Positions 17,972 through 26,978 of a stretch of DNA of 64,000 nucleotides are shown here, in pieces. This DNA is from Clostridia bacterium (GTDB taxonomy: Bacteria > Bacillota > Clostridia > TANB77 > CAG-465), in NCBI GenBank assembly GCA_045652705.1, contig JAZRUV010000001.1, positions 12,268 through 76,267 on the forward strand. The letters run 5' to 3'. Within the stretch, counting starts at the first letter, position 1. Each line of letters opens with the position of its first letter. Below the pieces are notes generated by a model that worked only from the letters and a program-made list of their open reading frames with translations, did no database searches and was not told the origin of the DNA. Both the position numbers and the translations under genes were made by a program.

Positions 17972-18669
17972 TACTCTTCCTCCGCTATTTTAATAATTTT
18001 ATTTAACCTGTGATATACTCCTGACTTAGATATTTTATATGAACATTTTTCGGCCAGTTCATCTAAAGAAGCTTCTGGGAATTTTTGCCTTAAAGAGGCT
18101 ATTTCTTTAAGCTTAGGATTAAGCTCGTTAAATCTATCTTCTGCCTTTAGCTTATTTATTGCTTCTTGTTGCTTTACTGCAGCCTCAATTGTTTTTGTTA
18201 AATTAGCAGTTTCGCAATTTACACTTCTATTTATATTGTTAGTTATACTTTTACTTATTCTAATATTTTCATACTCTAAAAGCGCCCTATTTGCCTCTAA
18301 AATAGCAAGCAGAGTAGATATTTGTTCTGAGTCTTTAAGATATATTACATAGTTTGAATTTCTTTTAATTATCTTAGGTGTAAGTTCAAATTCACTGAGT
18401 AACTTTACAATGTAATCTGCATATACCTTAGATTTAGTTGTAATCTCAAAATGGTAATCTGTATTTGGGTTTACAACACAACCACTGCCCAAAAACACTC
18501 CTTTTAAAAAGGCTTTTTTGCAGCAACTATCTTTAATTAGTTTTTTAACTTCAGTAATTTTTAAATCTTTTGATTCCGTTATAAGCTCACCGTATCTTAA
18601 GGGTAAGATACAGCATTTTTTGTTTTTAGTCATAAGTATTTCATCTTTTATTTGTTCTGAAAATGACAT
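17971..18669 (-). CDS. whiA: WhiA-like DNA-binding protein, short form (232 aa)
   Basis: WhiA N-terminal start (MSFSEQIKDEIL..KCC), LAGLIDADG-like middle region (CCKKAFLKGVFLGSGCVVNP), VNCETANLTKTI, and C-terminal HTH (ISKSGVYHRLNKI). About 85 aa shorter than canonical WhiA. Confidence 0.75.
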   Translation of the reverse strand: MSFSEQIKDEILMTKNKKCCILPLRYGELITESKDLKITEVKKLIKDSCCKKAFLKGVFLGSGCVVNPNTDYHFEITTKSKVYADYIVKLLSEFELTPKIIKRNSNYVIYLKDSEQISTLLAILEANRALLEYENIRISKSITNNINRSVNCETANLTKTIEAAVKQQEAINKLKAEDRFNELNPKLKEIASLRQKFPEASLDELAEKCSYKISKSGVYHRLNKIIKIAEEE

Positions 18670-19520
18670 ACTACCACCCTATCTTTATTATTTATATCTC
18701 GTATGACTTGAATATTCCCATAACACTTGTGTGACAAGATTATATCTATTACATCTTGTGCTTGTGCATACCCAATTTCTACTGCAATTATTCCACCATC
18801 ATTTAAAAAGTTTTTAGCATCGTTATATATTATTTTGTAAAAATCTAGCCCATCACGCCCACCGTATAACGCAATGCTTGGTTCTTTTTCTACAAATTCC
18901 GAAATCTCTTTCATTTCACCTTTTGTAAGATATGGTGGATTTGAAAGTATTATATCATATTTATTGTTTAATTTGTATATAGCATCAAACATATTAGACT
19001 CTATAATATTACATTTATTGCCTACACCATTTAAATTAATATTTTCTCTTGCAACTTGTAGCGCTTCTGAAGAAATGTCTGAGAGAGTTACGTGAGAGAT
19101 ATCTGTATGCTTTGCAATAAGTATACCAATTATTCCAGAACCAGTACACATGTCTAAAGCTGTTTTGTAACCGTTCTTCTTAATACTATTTATAGCAAAT
19201 TCTATTAATGTTTCTGTGTCTTGCCTTGGGATTAATACACTTTCACTCACATTAAATTCATCTCCAAAAATATATTCCTTATTTGTAACATATTGAGGTG
19301 GAGTTTTTTCATTTGCTATTTTATTTAACATATCTTCTAAAGTCTCAATATCCTTATCTTCTACCTTTACCACGTCTAATTTAATATTTGCTATACTTGT
19401 CTTTTTTATATGAGATAAGAGCATAATAATAAGTTCCCTTGGGTTTGAAGTTACATCAAGGGAATTTAAATTGTACTTTATCATTAAATCATTTATTTTA
19501 CTATTTAATTTACTATTCAT
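18648..19520 (-). CDS. prmC: Peptide chain release factor N5-glutamine methyltransferase
   Basis: SAM motif DMCTGSG and the NPPY motif (ILSNPPYL). 290 aa. Confidence 0.9.
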   Translation of the reverse strand: MNSKLNSKINDLMIKYNLNSLDVTSNPRELIIMLLSHIKKTSIANIKLDVVKVEDKDIETLEDMLNKIANEKTPPQYVTNKEYIFGDEFNVSESVLIPRQDTETLIEFAINSIKKNGYKTALDMCTGSGIIGILIAKHTDISHVTLSDISSEALQVARENINLNGVGNKCNIIESNMFDAIYKLNNKYDIILSNPPYLTKGEMKEISEFVEKEPSIALYGGRDGLDFYKIIYNDAKNFLNDGGIIAVEIGYAQAQDVIDIILSHKCYGNIQVIRDINNKDRVVVCHFQNK

Positions 19521-20316
19521 TTTCCGTCCTTTTACTAATTTTATTTAGTACATTTTTTACATATATGTCTATATCGCTACCCTCTGTATAATCTGTAGTT
19601 GCAATATAGTTTACTCTGCCATCAGCAAGTAATTTATTTGCTAACGCTTCTTTTTTGTCATATACAGATATAGCGTGTCCACCGCTATCTTTTACAAGTT
19701 TCATACACGGTACATCTGTTAAGCCATCACCAAAATACACCATATTTTCAAAAGGAATTTTCTTATCCTTTTCTAACATTTTGTCATTTATGCTTGCGTC
19801 ATATACTTCATATATACCTTTATTAATTCTATATAGAAATTGAGTTTTATTTGTATAGTTTACAGAAACTGCTGGCCATTTAGCAATTTCATCTACATTG
19901 TATAAAAAGCTACAAGCATATATTCTTTCAAATTCTTTTGCAATTTCTGTTCCTTCTATCATTTCTTTAATTCCAGAAGAAACAATATAATGGTGCATTG
20001 TAATTCCAAGATTTTCAGCATAAGCATTAATTCTACCAAACCAATCTAAAACACCAGGATAAAATTTTATATTTTTACCATATTTTACAAAGGAAGATTT
20101 TTTAACAGACATATTCTTCTCCTCTGCCTTTTTAAGCATTAGATACATATATGCTAAAACATTTTCCATGTTATTTTTTATCTTTAGCTTCTCTACTTCA
20201 TTCCAAAATTCATCGCTAGTCATTTTTAGTGCTGGTATAAAGTTATATTCTTGTATATTTCCATGTGCTAAAGTTCCATCAAAATCATAAATAAATGCTA
20301 CGTGTTTTTCTTTCAT
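19513..20316 (-). CDS. HAD-superfamily hydrolase
   Basis: Motif I FIYDFDGTL and motif IV YFGDGLTDVP. Start set at MKEKHVAF (ATG 20316). Confidence 0.8.
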   Translation of the reverse strand: MKEKHVAFIYDFDGTLAHGNIQEYNFIPALKMTSDEFWNEVEKLKIKNNMENVLAYMYLMLKKAEEKNMSVKKSSFVKYGKNIKFYPGVLDWFGRINAYAENLGITMHHYIVSSGIKEMIEGTEIAKEFERIYACSFLYNVDEIAKWPAVSVNYTNKTQFLYRINKGIYEVYDASINDKMLEKDKKIPFENMVYFGDGLTDVPCMKLVKDSGGHAISVYDKKEALANKLLADGRVNYIATTDYTEGSDIDIYVKNVLNKISKRTENE

Positions 20317-20368
20317 AATACCCTCTTTTCTATATAATAAAAGTGCTACATTAAGTAGCACCATTATA

Positions 20369-20572
20369 TTACATTTTTGTTCCGTATTTTTCCATAAATT
20401 TTGCGGCTCTACCTTTAGAAGAAACAGCTTGTTTTAATCCTGTAAAGAAAGGATGACATGCACTACATGTATCTGTTTTCATTTCTTTTTTAGTTGAACC
20501 AACTTTAATTACGTTACCACAAGCACAAGTTATTGTTGCTTCGTTGTAGTTTGGTTGTATTTCTTTTCTCAT
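20369..20572 (-). CDS. rpmE: 50S ribosomal protein L31 (Zn-binding type A)
   Basis: MRKEIQPNY...CACGN...CSACHPFFTG. 67 aa. Confidence 0.95.
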   Translation of the reverse strand: MRKEIQPNYNEATITCACGNVIKVGSTKKEMKTDTCSACHPFFTGLKQAVSSKGRAAKFMEKYGTKM

Positions 20573-20665
20573 TTTTTGTCCCTCCTTGTATTTGGAATCG
20601 TTTTTACCTTAATATTTTAACATAACTTAAAATAAAATACAATGCTTTTTAGAAAAAATATTTGT

Positions 20666-21064
20666 TTAGATAATTATATTATTGTCTTTTATATACTTTT
20701 CGACTATTTCTAATTTGACTTTATCTTTTGCTCTACGAGTTGTTATTAAATAATTATAGTATCTCTTTATGCTTTCTAGATTGTATTCACCATACTTTTC
20801 AACCTTCCAATCATCTTTAGTATCTAATACACATTCTACTTTATCATTTACTATATACCAACCATTTGGTTTTTGTTTAAGGTAGAATCTTTCCTTTAGT
20901 TGCTCTAGACCTTTTTCAGTAACAGCGATATCTAAATCTCCTGCATCTGGATATAACCCTCTTATAATAAGAGCCGATGTAGACAATATCCAAAATTCTT
21001 CATAATCTATTCCTAAATTTTCAATTACATTAATCAATTCTTCTTTATTCATTCTTTTTTCCAT
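20666..21064 (-). CDS. Hypothetical protein (possible minimal nucleotidyltransferase fold)
   Basis: 132-aa ORF with an SD upstream. The GDLDIAV motif is reminiscent of NTase GxD/DxD; assignment is weak. Confidence 0.4.
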   Translation of the reverse strand: MEKRMNKEELINVIENLGIDYEEFWILSTSALIIRGLYPDAGDLDIAVTEKGLEQLKERFYLKQKPNGWYIVNDKVECVLDTKDDWKVEKYGEYNLESIKRYYNYLITTRRAKDKVKLEIVEKYIKDNNIII

Positions 21065-21123
21065 TTTAATAAACTCCTCTTATGCAGTTTAAATGAAGTG
21101 GAATAAATCCACTTCATAAATTG

Positions 21124-21864
21124 CTATTGCTCTTCTCTAAATGATTTAGCCATATTTAAGGCGTGTGATTTTATAAGTTCACCTTTTGATTGATCTTCTG
21201 AAGTATCATATACGATCCAATATGCATATGCCCCGTTAGATTTTAGTGTTGTAGCATAAGCTACAAAGCAATATTTGCGGTGTACATCTTGCCATTTGCC
21301 CATACTCTTAATTTCAGTATCAAATTCAAAATAACCTTCAAACATATGCATTTGGTAATCGTTAATCTCGACTGCTCGATTATTTTCAAGTGAGAATTTA
21401 AAATTATCAGCAAGAAGCCCATATATACTTTGAAGAGTATATTCTAAATCATTAAAAGCTGTTGGGAAAAATGTTGAAATATTATCAATAGTCGTTAAAT
21501 TTTTATGTTGTCCTACAACGATAGTACTTGTGCCATCAATATGTTCACTATATAATCCGCGTCCCTCTGTATAACCACGATATTTGGGTTGATTTATATA
21601 AAACGGTGCTGAAGTTCCTTTTTCAGCAGTCCAACGGTCGGTAATTCCCCATTCTTTTTCTTCTTCGTTTTTATCTGTTACACTGTTATTTGTGTTATTT
21701 TGATTATTAATATTAATTTCTGTTCCACTATTTGCATCGTTATTATCCACCGCTGTATTGTTATCTCTGTTAAAAATTAATAAAACCGTTGCTATTACTA
21801 CGGCAATAACAGCAATTATTACTATTGTAACTATTAAGCCTATTCCTTTTTTATTGTTTTTCAT
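21124..21864 (-). CDS. Hypothetical membrane-anchored protein with an N/T-rich low-complexity linker
   Basis: 246-aa ORF with an N-terminal TM helix and SD AAGGGGGA upstream. No family recognised. Confidence 0.55.
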   Translation of the reverse strand: MKNNKKGIGLIVTIVIIAVIAVVIATVLLIFNRDNNTAVDNNDANSGTEININNQNNTNNSVTDKNEEEKEWGITDRWTAEKGTSAPFYINQPKYRGYTEGRGLYSEHIDGTSTIVVGQHKNLTTIDNISTFFPTAFNDLEYTLQSIYGLLADNFKFSLENNRAVEINDYQMHMFEGYFEFDTEIKSMGKWQDVHRKYCFVAYATTLKSNGAYAYWIVYDTSEDQSKGELIKSHALNMAKSFREEQ

Positions 21865-22049
21865 TTGTTAATTCCCCCTTTTATCTCTTATAAATTATAT
21901 ATTAAATATAATTTTATAGCAATTGTTTTTTATAATTTTTATTTTATTTTCTAAAAATGATGGCTATTTATAATTCTTATTTGTAATGTGTTGTATTGTG
22001 ATAATATATTATTTATTCATTCAACATCATTAAAATTAATTTATAGTCC

Positions 22050-22078
22050 TTGACATTGGTAACAAACGAATGTATAAT
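22050..22078 (+). promoter_or_regulatory. Consensus sigma-A promoter of the type III TA locus
   Basis: TTGACA 22050-22055, 17-nt spacer, TATAAT 22073-22078. Confidence 0.8.
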
Positions 22079-22107
22079 GAGTATATTAATAGTATTATTA
22101 CTTTTAA

Positions 22108-22223
22108 TTCGAGTGTTTCGCGACTCATTTAACTGCGAACTAAATATTGAGTGTCTCACAGCTCATCTAATGGTGAACTATATATTCGAGTGTTTCGCGA
22201 CTCATGTAATGGCGAATTTTAAT
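22108..22223 (+). ncRNA. toxI: ToxI-like type III antitoxin RNA: three tandem 38-39-nt repeats
   Basis: R1 22108-22146, R2 22147-22184, R3 22185-22223. R1 and R3 share an identical first 21 nt (TTCGAGTGTTTCGCGACTCAT); R2 is diverged. Contiguous with no spacers, lying between the promoter and the toxin gene. Confidence 0.8.
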
Positions 22224-22229
22224 CGGGGG

Positions 22230-22260
22230 GTTAAAACTTTTGTTTTAACTTCCTGTTTTT
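22230..22260 (+). terminator. Hairpin/attenuator between the antitoxin repeats and toxN
   Basis: GTTAAAAC-TTTT-GTTTTAAC followed by TTCCTGTTTTT, in the same position as the ToxIN internal terminator. Confidence 0.65.
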
Positions 22261-22278
22261 ATGTTAGGAGGTGATTAT

Positions 22279-22782
22279 ATGAAACTTAAATTCTATGAGG
22301 TAGATAGTGAATATATAAAATATTTAAAGGAAAATGCAGATAATAAAGTTCCAAATTTTGAGTACAAAAAACACAAGAAGTTTTTTTGCGGTATTGTACT
22401 AACAATCAATAATTTTAATTATTTTGCACCTGTTTCTTCGTACAACAAAAAGAATCAAACTACTTTCATAATTCTAGACAAAGATAAGAAAACAAACTCA
22501 TTAAAACCAATTTCATCGTTAAGATTTTCATTTATGTTTCCATGTCCAAATAAATATTTAAGTCAAAAAGATTTCTCAAAAGAAGATCCAAAATATCAAA
22601 TTCTGCTTCGTAAAGAACTAAAATATTGCAATGCCAATAGCGATAAAATAGTTAAATTAGCTAAAAGAGTATATAATTTAGGCATAAAAGAAAAAACGAG
22701 AACTAAATTTAATATTTGTAATTTTACCAAATTAGAAAACATATGTTTAGAGTTAGAAAGGCATAGTGGTAATTTAGAATAA
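22279..22782 (+). CDS. toxN: ToxN/AbiQ-family type III toxin endoribonuclease
   Basis: MKLKFYEVDSEYIKYLKE..DNKVPN, FCGIVLTINNFNYFAPVSS, YCNANSDKIV and CNFTKLE match remembered ToxN blocks (KFYTISSKYIEYLKEFDDKVPN, FIGIVLEI..YLAPLTS, FIRANSDKI, CNFSLLE). SD AGGAGG 22266-22271. Confidence 0.85.
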   Translation: MKLKFYEVDSEYIKYLKENADNKVPNFEYKKHKKFFCGIVLTINNFNYFAPVSSYNKKNQTTFIILDKDKKTNSLKPISSLRFSFMFPCPNKYLSQKDFSKEDPKYQILLRKELKYCNANSDKIVKLAKRVYNLGIKEKTRTKFNICNFTKLENICLELERHSGNLE

Positions 22783-22792
22783 GACTTTTATT

Positions 22793-22826
22793 GAGGAACA
22801 TACCAGTCTTTGCAGATACGTTCCTC
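22793..22826. terminator. Hairpin between the convergent toxN and 22832..23167
   Basis: GAGGAAC-20 nt loop-GTTCCTC, then a T-rich tract. The loop is long, so this is a weak call. Confidence 0.4.
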
Positions 22827-22831
22827 ATTTA

Positions 22832-23167
22832 TTATAATTCTTCCAGATAATTTACTGTCTTACCTGTATTTTTAGCATATTCAATTTCAGATTTTGTACT
22901 TTCACCTATATAACCGCCTACATTTATTACAAATATCTCATCTGCCATATCTATCTTTCTTTTATGCATATCGTCTAGCATTATTTTAGTTTTAGTAAGT
23001 GTTCCATCATCCATATTCTCCCATACTTCATTATCTCCAGAATGACCAAATAGTCCTACTGAAATTACAATATTTCCTTGCAGTGTTAAATCTTTTTGAG
23101 CCTTCATAAATTCGTCTTTAAATTTAGTAGAACCACATAATGTTATTATCTTATAATCCTTTATCAT
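22832..23167 (-). CDS. Nucleoside 2-deoxyribosyltransferase-like small Rossmann protein
   Basis: 111 aa. LCGSTKF...ADEIFVINVGGYIGESTKSEIEYA resembles the NDT/DNPH1-like fold with a conserved Glu. Confidence 0.5.
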   Translation of the reverse strand: MIKDYKIITLCGSTKFKDEFMKAQKDLTLQGNIVISVGLFGHSGDNEVWENMDDGTLTKTKIMLDDMHKRKIDMADEIFVINVGGYIGESTKSEIEYAKNTGKTVNYLEEL

Positions 23168-23182
23168 ATATAACCTCTTCTA

Positions 23183-23740
23183 TTATTTTAATCCTTGAAT
23201 TTTTTCTATTATCTTTTTGTTAACTGGTCTTACCCAATCTACAATTTCGCTGTTTGTGGCATCTTGTAAGTCTATCCATTTAACACCCTTACTCTCATCT
23301 TCTCTAAAAGATAGCTCTTGTGTGTCGTCTGCTTCTACGAGATATATAACATCATAATGTATGTGGGCTGGTACATATTTGCCGCGTTTAACATGTCCTT
23401 TTACTGGAGCTGCTTGTATAGCAAAAATGGTTTCATCCAACACTTTTGCTTTTAAACCGGTTTCTTCCTCTACTTCTCTCAATGCTACAGATAGAAAATC
23501 TGCTTCACCATCAGCATGTCCACCAGGAAAAATCCATCCATCATTAATTATGTGATAAACAACTAGTGTTTTTGTTCTATCTTTATTTACAACAAATGCC
23601 GAAGCTGAAAAGTGACCAAACAAATTATCTCTTGTAAGTATATCATCAAAATTATCTATAAACTTTAAAAAATATTCCTTGTCTTTTTCTTCTTGTTCAT
23701 TAAAAGGAACAAAATCTTGTATTTGTTTTCTAATATCCAT
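23183..23740 (-). CDS. NUDIX hydrolase
   Basis: Nudix box GGHADGEADFLSVALREVEEETGL. Confidence 0.9.
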   Translation of the reverse strand: MDIRKQIQDFVPFNEQEEKDKEYFLKFIDNFDDILTRDNLFGHFSASAFVVNKDRTKTLVVYHIINDGWIFPGGHADGEADFLSVALREVEEETGLKAKVLDETIFAIQAAPVKGHVKRGKYVPAHIHYDVIYLVEADDTQELSFREDESKGVKWIDLQDATNSEIVDWVRPVNKKIIEKIQGLK

Positions 23741-23766
23741 AAAAATCCCCCTTATATATTTACATA

Positions 23767-24519
23767 TTATATATCTAAACTAGCAATTACCATATAATGG
23801 TCTGAAACCGATTTAATCATTTTAGTGCTATAATTTGCATCTTTTTTAACAAGAATATCATCAAACATTTTACCATCTACTGTTGTAATAGTATTAAACG
23901 TTCTTATATATTCCACATTTGTTTTATCCATCATTGTCATAAAATTATCTGCGTTAAAATCACCTGTTATAACATCTGGATTTAAATCACATATTGCTTT
24001 ATCAAATTCTTCAAATATATATTTATTATCTTCAGGAGTTGAATTAAATCTACGATACGGGAAACCGTGATGTGTAAGTACTTTTATACTTTTATCATTT
24101 ACATTTATATTTGCCATTAAATATCCTTTATCGTAAGTATAATAAGTGTTTCCACTAGAAGTTGTTTTAGATAATCTAGGATTAGTAAATTTTACTTTTA
24201 TACTTTCTGTAATTGGATATTTAGAAAGTATGGCTAAGCCACAGTTAGTATCTTTTACTATATTGCAAGGACTAAGTTCAAATTCCTCGTTATATTTAAG
24301 TTCCGTATTATCCATGATTGTTTGGATATATTGTATTTTTTTAGTAGTAATTATTTCTTGGAAACAAATAACATCAATATTTTCTTCGTTTATATAATTT
24401 ATAATATTTTCTAGAAGCTTATTGTCTACTGAAGAAACTGCTTCCCTATCTAGATATTCCGTTGACTCATCTCCAATATAAAAACCCCCACTTATATTAA
24501 AACTTGCTATTTTTAACAT
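23767..24519 (-). CDS. Endonuclease/exonuclease/phosphatase (EEP) family protein
   Basis: N-terminal IASFNI, QEI, GDFNA and C-terminal SDHY motifs typical of the EEP fold. Confidence 0.8.
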   Translation of the reverse strand: MLKIASFNISGGFYIGDESTEYLDREAVSSVDNKLLENIINYINEENIDVICFQEIITTKKIQYIQTIMDNTELKYNEEFELSPCNIVKDTNCGLAILSKYPITESIKVKFTNPRLSKTTSSGNTYYTYDKGYLMANINVNDKSIKVLTHHGFPYRRFNSTPEDNKYIFEEFDKAICDLNPDVITGDFNADNFMTMMDKTNVEYIRTFNTITTVDGKMFDDILVKKDANYSTKMIKSVSDHYMVIASLDI

Positions 24520-24546
24520 AATGTTCCTCCTTTATTATCTTATTCC

Positions 24547-25233
24547 TTAATTAAGTTTAACTAGTTCAAACTTCGTGTAATCTCCACTAACCATTTTGTA
24601 TTCCACACCGTCTATTTCGCCTTCACGCACCATATAATGACCTTCACCGTGAAGATGTCCATAAATACACTTTTTCACGTTATACTTCTTAAAAATCTCT
24701 TGTATCTCGTGCCTACAAGGTGGAAAATGTGTCATTACCAATATGTCTTTATCTTTATTATCCTCCTCAATGCTATTTAAAGAAAGTTCCAAACGTACTA
24801 GTTCTCTTAGATACACTTTGTAATTGTTCGTTTTATCATCCTCGGTATTGCCCCAACCTCTAAAACCACATATATTTATATTTTCTACTAAAAAGCTATT
24901 GTTGTTTAATATTTTTATGGTATTGAAGTTATTCTCTTCTAAAAATTTATTTACTTTTGTTAGAGTTGAAAAGTAATAATCGTGGTTTCCTTTTAGTATT
25001 ATTTTATTTCCTGGAAGACTGTCTATATATGCAAAGTCTTCATATGCTTCGTTTAAGTCTATTGCCCAAGAAATATCTCCCGGAATAAGTACTGTATCTG
25101 TATCTTTTACAGTTTTTCTCCAATTTTCATCTAATCTTTGTTCGTAATTTTCCCAATCTTTTCCAAATAGTTCCATTGATTTGTTTGGAACCGCTTTTGA
25201 AAGATGCAAATCTGAAATTGCATATATAGCCAT
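24547..25233 (-). CDS. Metallophosphoesterase (calcineurin-like)
   Basis: ISDLHL, GDISWA, GNHDY and GHLHG motifs. Confidence 0.88.
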   Translation of the reverse strand: MAIYAISDLHLSKAVPNKSMELFGKDWENYEQRLDENWRKTVKDTDTVLIPGDISWAIDLNEAYEDFAYIDSLPGNKIILKGNHDYYFSTLTKVNKFLEENNFNTIKILNNNSFLVENINICGFRGWGNTEDDKTNNYKVYLRELVRLELSLNSIEEDNKDKDILVMTHFPPCRHEIQEIFKKYNVKKCIYGHLHGEGHYMVREGEIDGVEYKMVSGDYTKFELVKLN

Positions 25234-25243
25234 AATCTCACCT

Positions 25244-26266
25244 CTATTCCTCTTCTATATTCATGCTAGCTTTTGCATTTAAGCTTAAATCTTTTGTATA
25301 TTTACCTTCTCTATACTTAAATATTCCTGCCGCCGTAATCATAGCAGCATTATCTGTGCAATATTTAAGTTCTGGTAAATATACCTCTATATTTTCTTTA
25401 TTTCCTTGTTCTGACAACAACTCACGTATCTTTCTATTTGCAGATACCCCTCCAGCTAAAGCAACTTTGTTTATACCAGTTTGTTTTGCCAAAGCAAGTG
25501 TATGGTCTACCAAAACTTCAGCTACATTATTTTCAAAGCTTGTACACATATCTGCTACTCTTAAATTTTCTTTTTCTTTATTTGCTATATTTAATACAGC
25601 TGTTTTTACACCACTAAAGCTAAAGTCAAAATTATCTTCAAATTTAGTCTTAGGTAGTTTGTAAGTAGCTTGTCCTCTTTCTGCCATTTTGCTTACTTCA
25701 GGGCCACCTGGATATCCTAATCCAAGTACACGAGCCACTTTATCGAAAGCTTCTCCTACAGCGTCATCACGTGTTTTAGCTAAAATCTTAAAGCTTGTAT
25801 AATTTTTTACCTCTATAACATGAGAATGTCCACCAGATACTACTAATGATAAAAATGGTGGTTTTAGATTAGGGTGTGTTAAAAAGTTTGCTGCTATGTG
25901 ACCTGCTATATGGTGCACTGGTACAAGTGGTATGTTTAATGTATATGCTAAAGCTTTAGCAAAAGATATACCCACTAAAAGAGCGCCAACAAGACCTGGC
26001 CCTATAGTCACAGCTATAGAGCACAAGTCTTCAAGTTTTATCCCTGCAGCGTCTAACGCTTCATCTAACACAAGTCCAATGTTTTTAGTATGGTGTCTTG
26101 ATGCTATTTCAGGCACTACTCCACCATATTTTTTATGTACATCTATTTGCGAAGACACTACATTTGCAAGCACTTTAAAATTGTTATCATTATTATCTTT
26201 TTCATTAAATTCAAGTATTGCTATAGACGTTTCGTCACAGCTACTCTCTATTCCTAATATATACAT
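25244..26266 (-). CDS. tsaD: tRNA N6-adenosine threonylcarbamoyltransferase TsaD
   Basis: ILGIESSCDETS...HH..GH motifs of the Kae1/TsaD family. 340 aa. Confidence 0.95.
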   Translation of the reverse strand: MYILGIESSCDETSIAILEFNEKDNNDNNFKVLANVVSSQIDVHKKYGGVVPEIASRHHTKNIGLVLDEALDAAGIKLEDLCSIAVTIGPGLVGALLVGISFAKALAYTLNIPLVPVHHIAGHIAANFLTHPNLKPPFLSLVVSGGHSHVIEVKNYTSFKILAKTRDDAVGEAFDKVARVLGLGYPGGPEVSKMAERGQATYKLPKTKFEDNFDFSFSGVKTAVLNIANKEKENLRVADMCTSFENNVAEVLVDHTLALAKQTGINKVALAGGVSANRKIRELLSEQGNKENIEVYLPELKYCTDNAAMITAAGIFKYREGKYTKDLSLNAKASMNIEEE

Positions 26267-26278
26267 TTATTTTCCCCT

Positions 26279-26932
26279 TTACAGCATAAGTATTAGTCCT
26301 AACAACCATCCTATTAGTGCATATGCAGGTTCAATTATATATACATATGCATCTGTTATAAATAATACAAGTAATATCCAAAATGAATATTGCTCTAATT
26401 TATCAAACCACTGTTTTGCTTTGTATGGTAAAAAGTAATATAGTACTTTTGAACCATCAAATGGTGGTAATGGTATTAAGTTAAATACAGCAAATATTAT
26501 ATTAAACTGTATCATAAGTAGTAGTATATTAAATATTATAGCAAGTACACTACTTGTAGTTACAGCATCAAACACTCCTACCACTAAAAGTATTTTAAAA
26601 AGTACAGTTACAACTAATGCTAGTCCTAAATTAAACATTGGACCTGCTAGTGCAACTAACATATTTCCTTTACCTCGTTTTTCAAAATTTCTATCATCTA
26701 CCATAACAGGTTTACCCCAACCTATTCCAATTAAAGCAATAGATAAAAATCCAAACCAATCTATGTGTGCAAATGGTGAAAGAGTTAATCTCCCTTGCGC
26801 CTTTTGACTTCTATCCCCTAGCTTATACGCAACAATTGCGTGGCCAAACTCATGTATTGCTAGAGATAACAATAACGCTGGCAAGAAATATAAAAATTCT
26901 ATTAATCCTTCTCTTGTAAATATATCAAACAT
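26279..26932 (-). CDS. Site-2 protease family (M50) membrane metalloprotease
   Basis: HEFGHA zinc motif in TM1, multi-TM, and a NLIPLPPFDG motif. Confidence 0.85.
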   Translation of the reverse strand: MFDIFTREGLIEFLYFLPALLLSLAIHEFGHAIVAYKLGDRSQKAQGRLTLSPFAHIDWFGFLSIALIGIGWGKPVMVDDRNFEKRGKGNMLVALAGPMFNLGLALVVTVLFKILLVVGVFDAVTTSSVLAIIFNILLLMIQFNIIFAVFNLIPLPPFDGSKVLYYFLPYKAKQWFDKLEQYSFWILLVLFITDAYVYIIEPAYALIGWLLGLILML

Positions 26933-26978
26933 AACATCCCTCTTTATTAATTTTTAATTTATGGTTGTTTATTATTTC

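Noticed and set aside
19513-20572. Absence of prfA between rpmE and prmC as a deletion
   Set aside because: The rpmE...prfA-prmC order is common but not universal. prfA may simply be elsewhere, and this cannot be judged from one window.
22108-22223. Possible CRISPR array
   Set aside because: The repeats are directly contiguous with no spacers, there are only three units, there are no cas genes, and they sit immediately upstream of a ToxN-like gene.
22050-22274. 74-aa plus-strand ORF from the ORF track
   Set aside because: It spans the promoter, the three tandem 38-39-nt repeats and the hairpin of the type III TA locus. The repeat structure explains the open frame, it has no SD, and the region is far better explained as the ToxI-like RNA.
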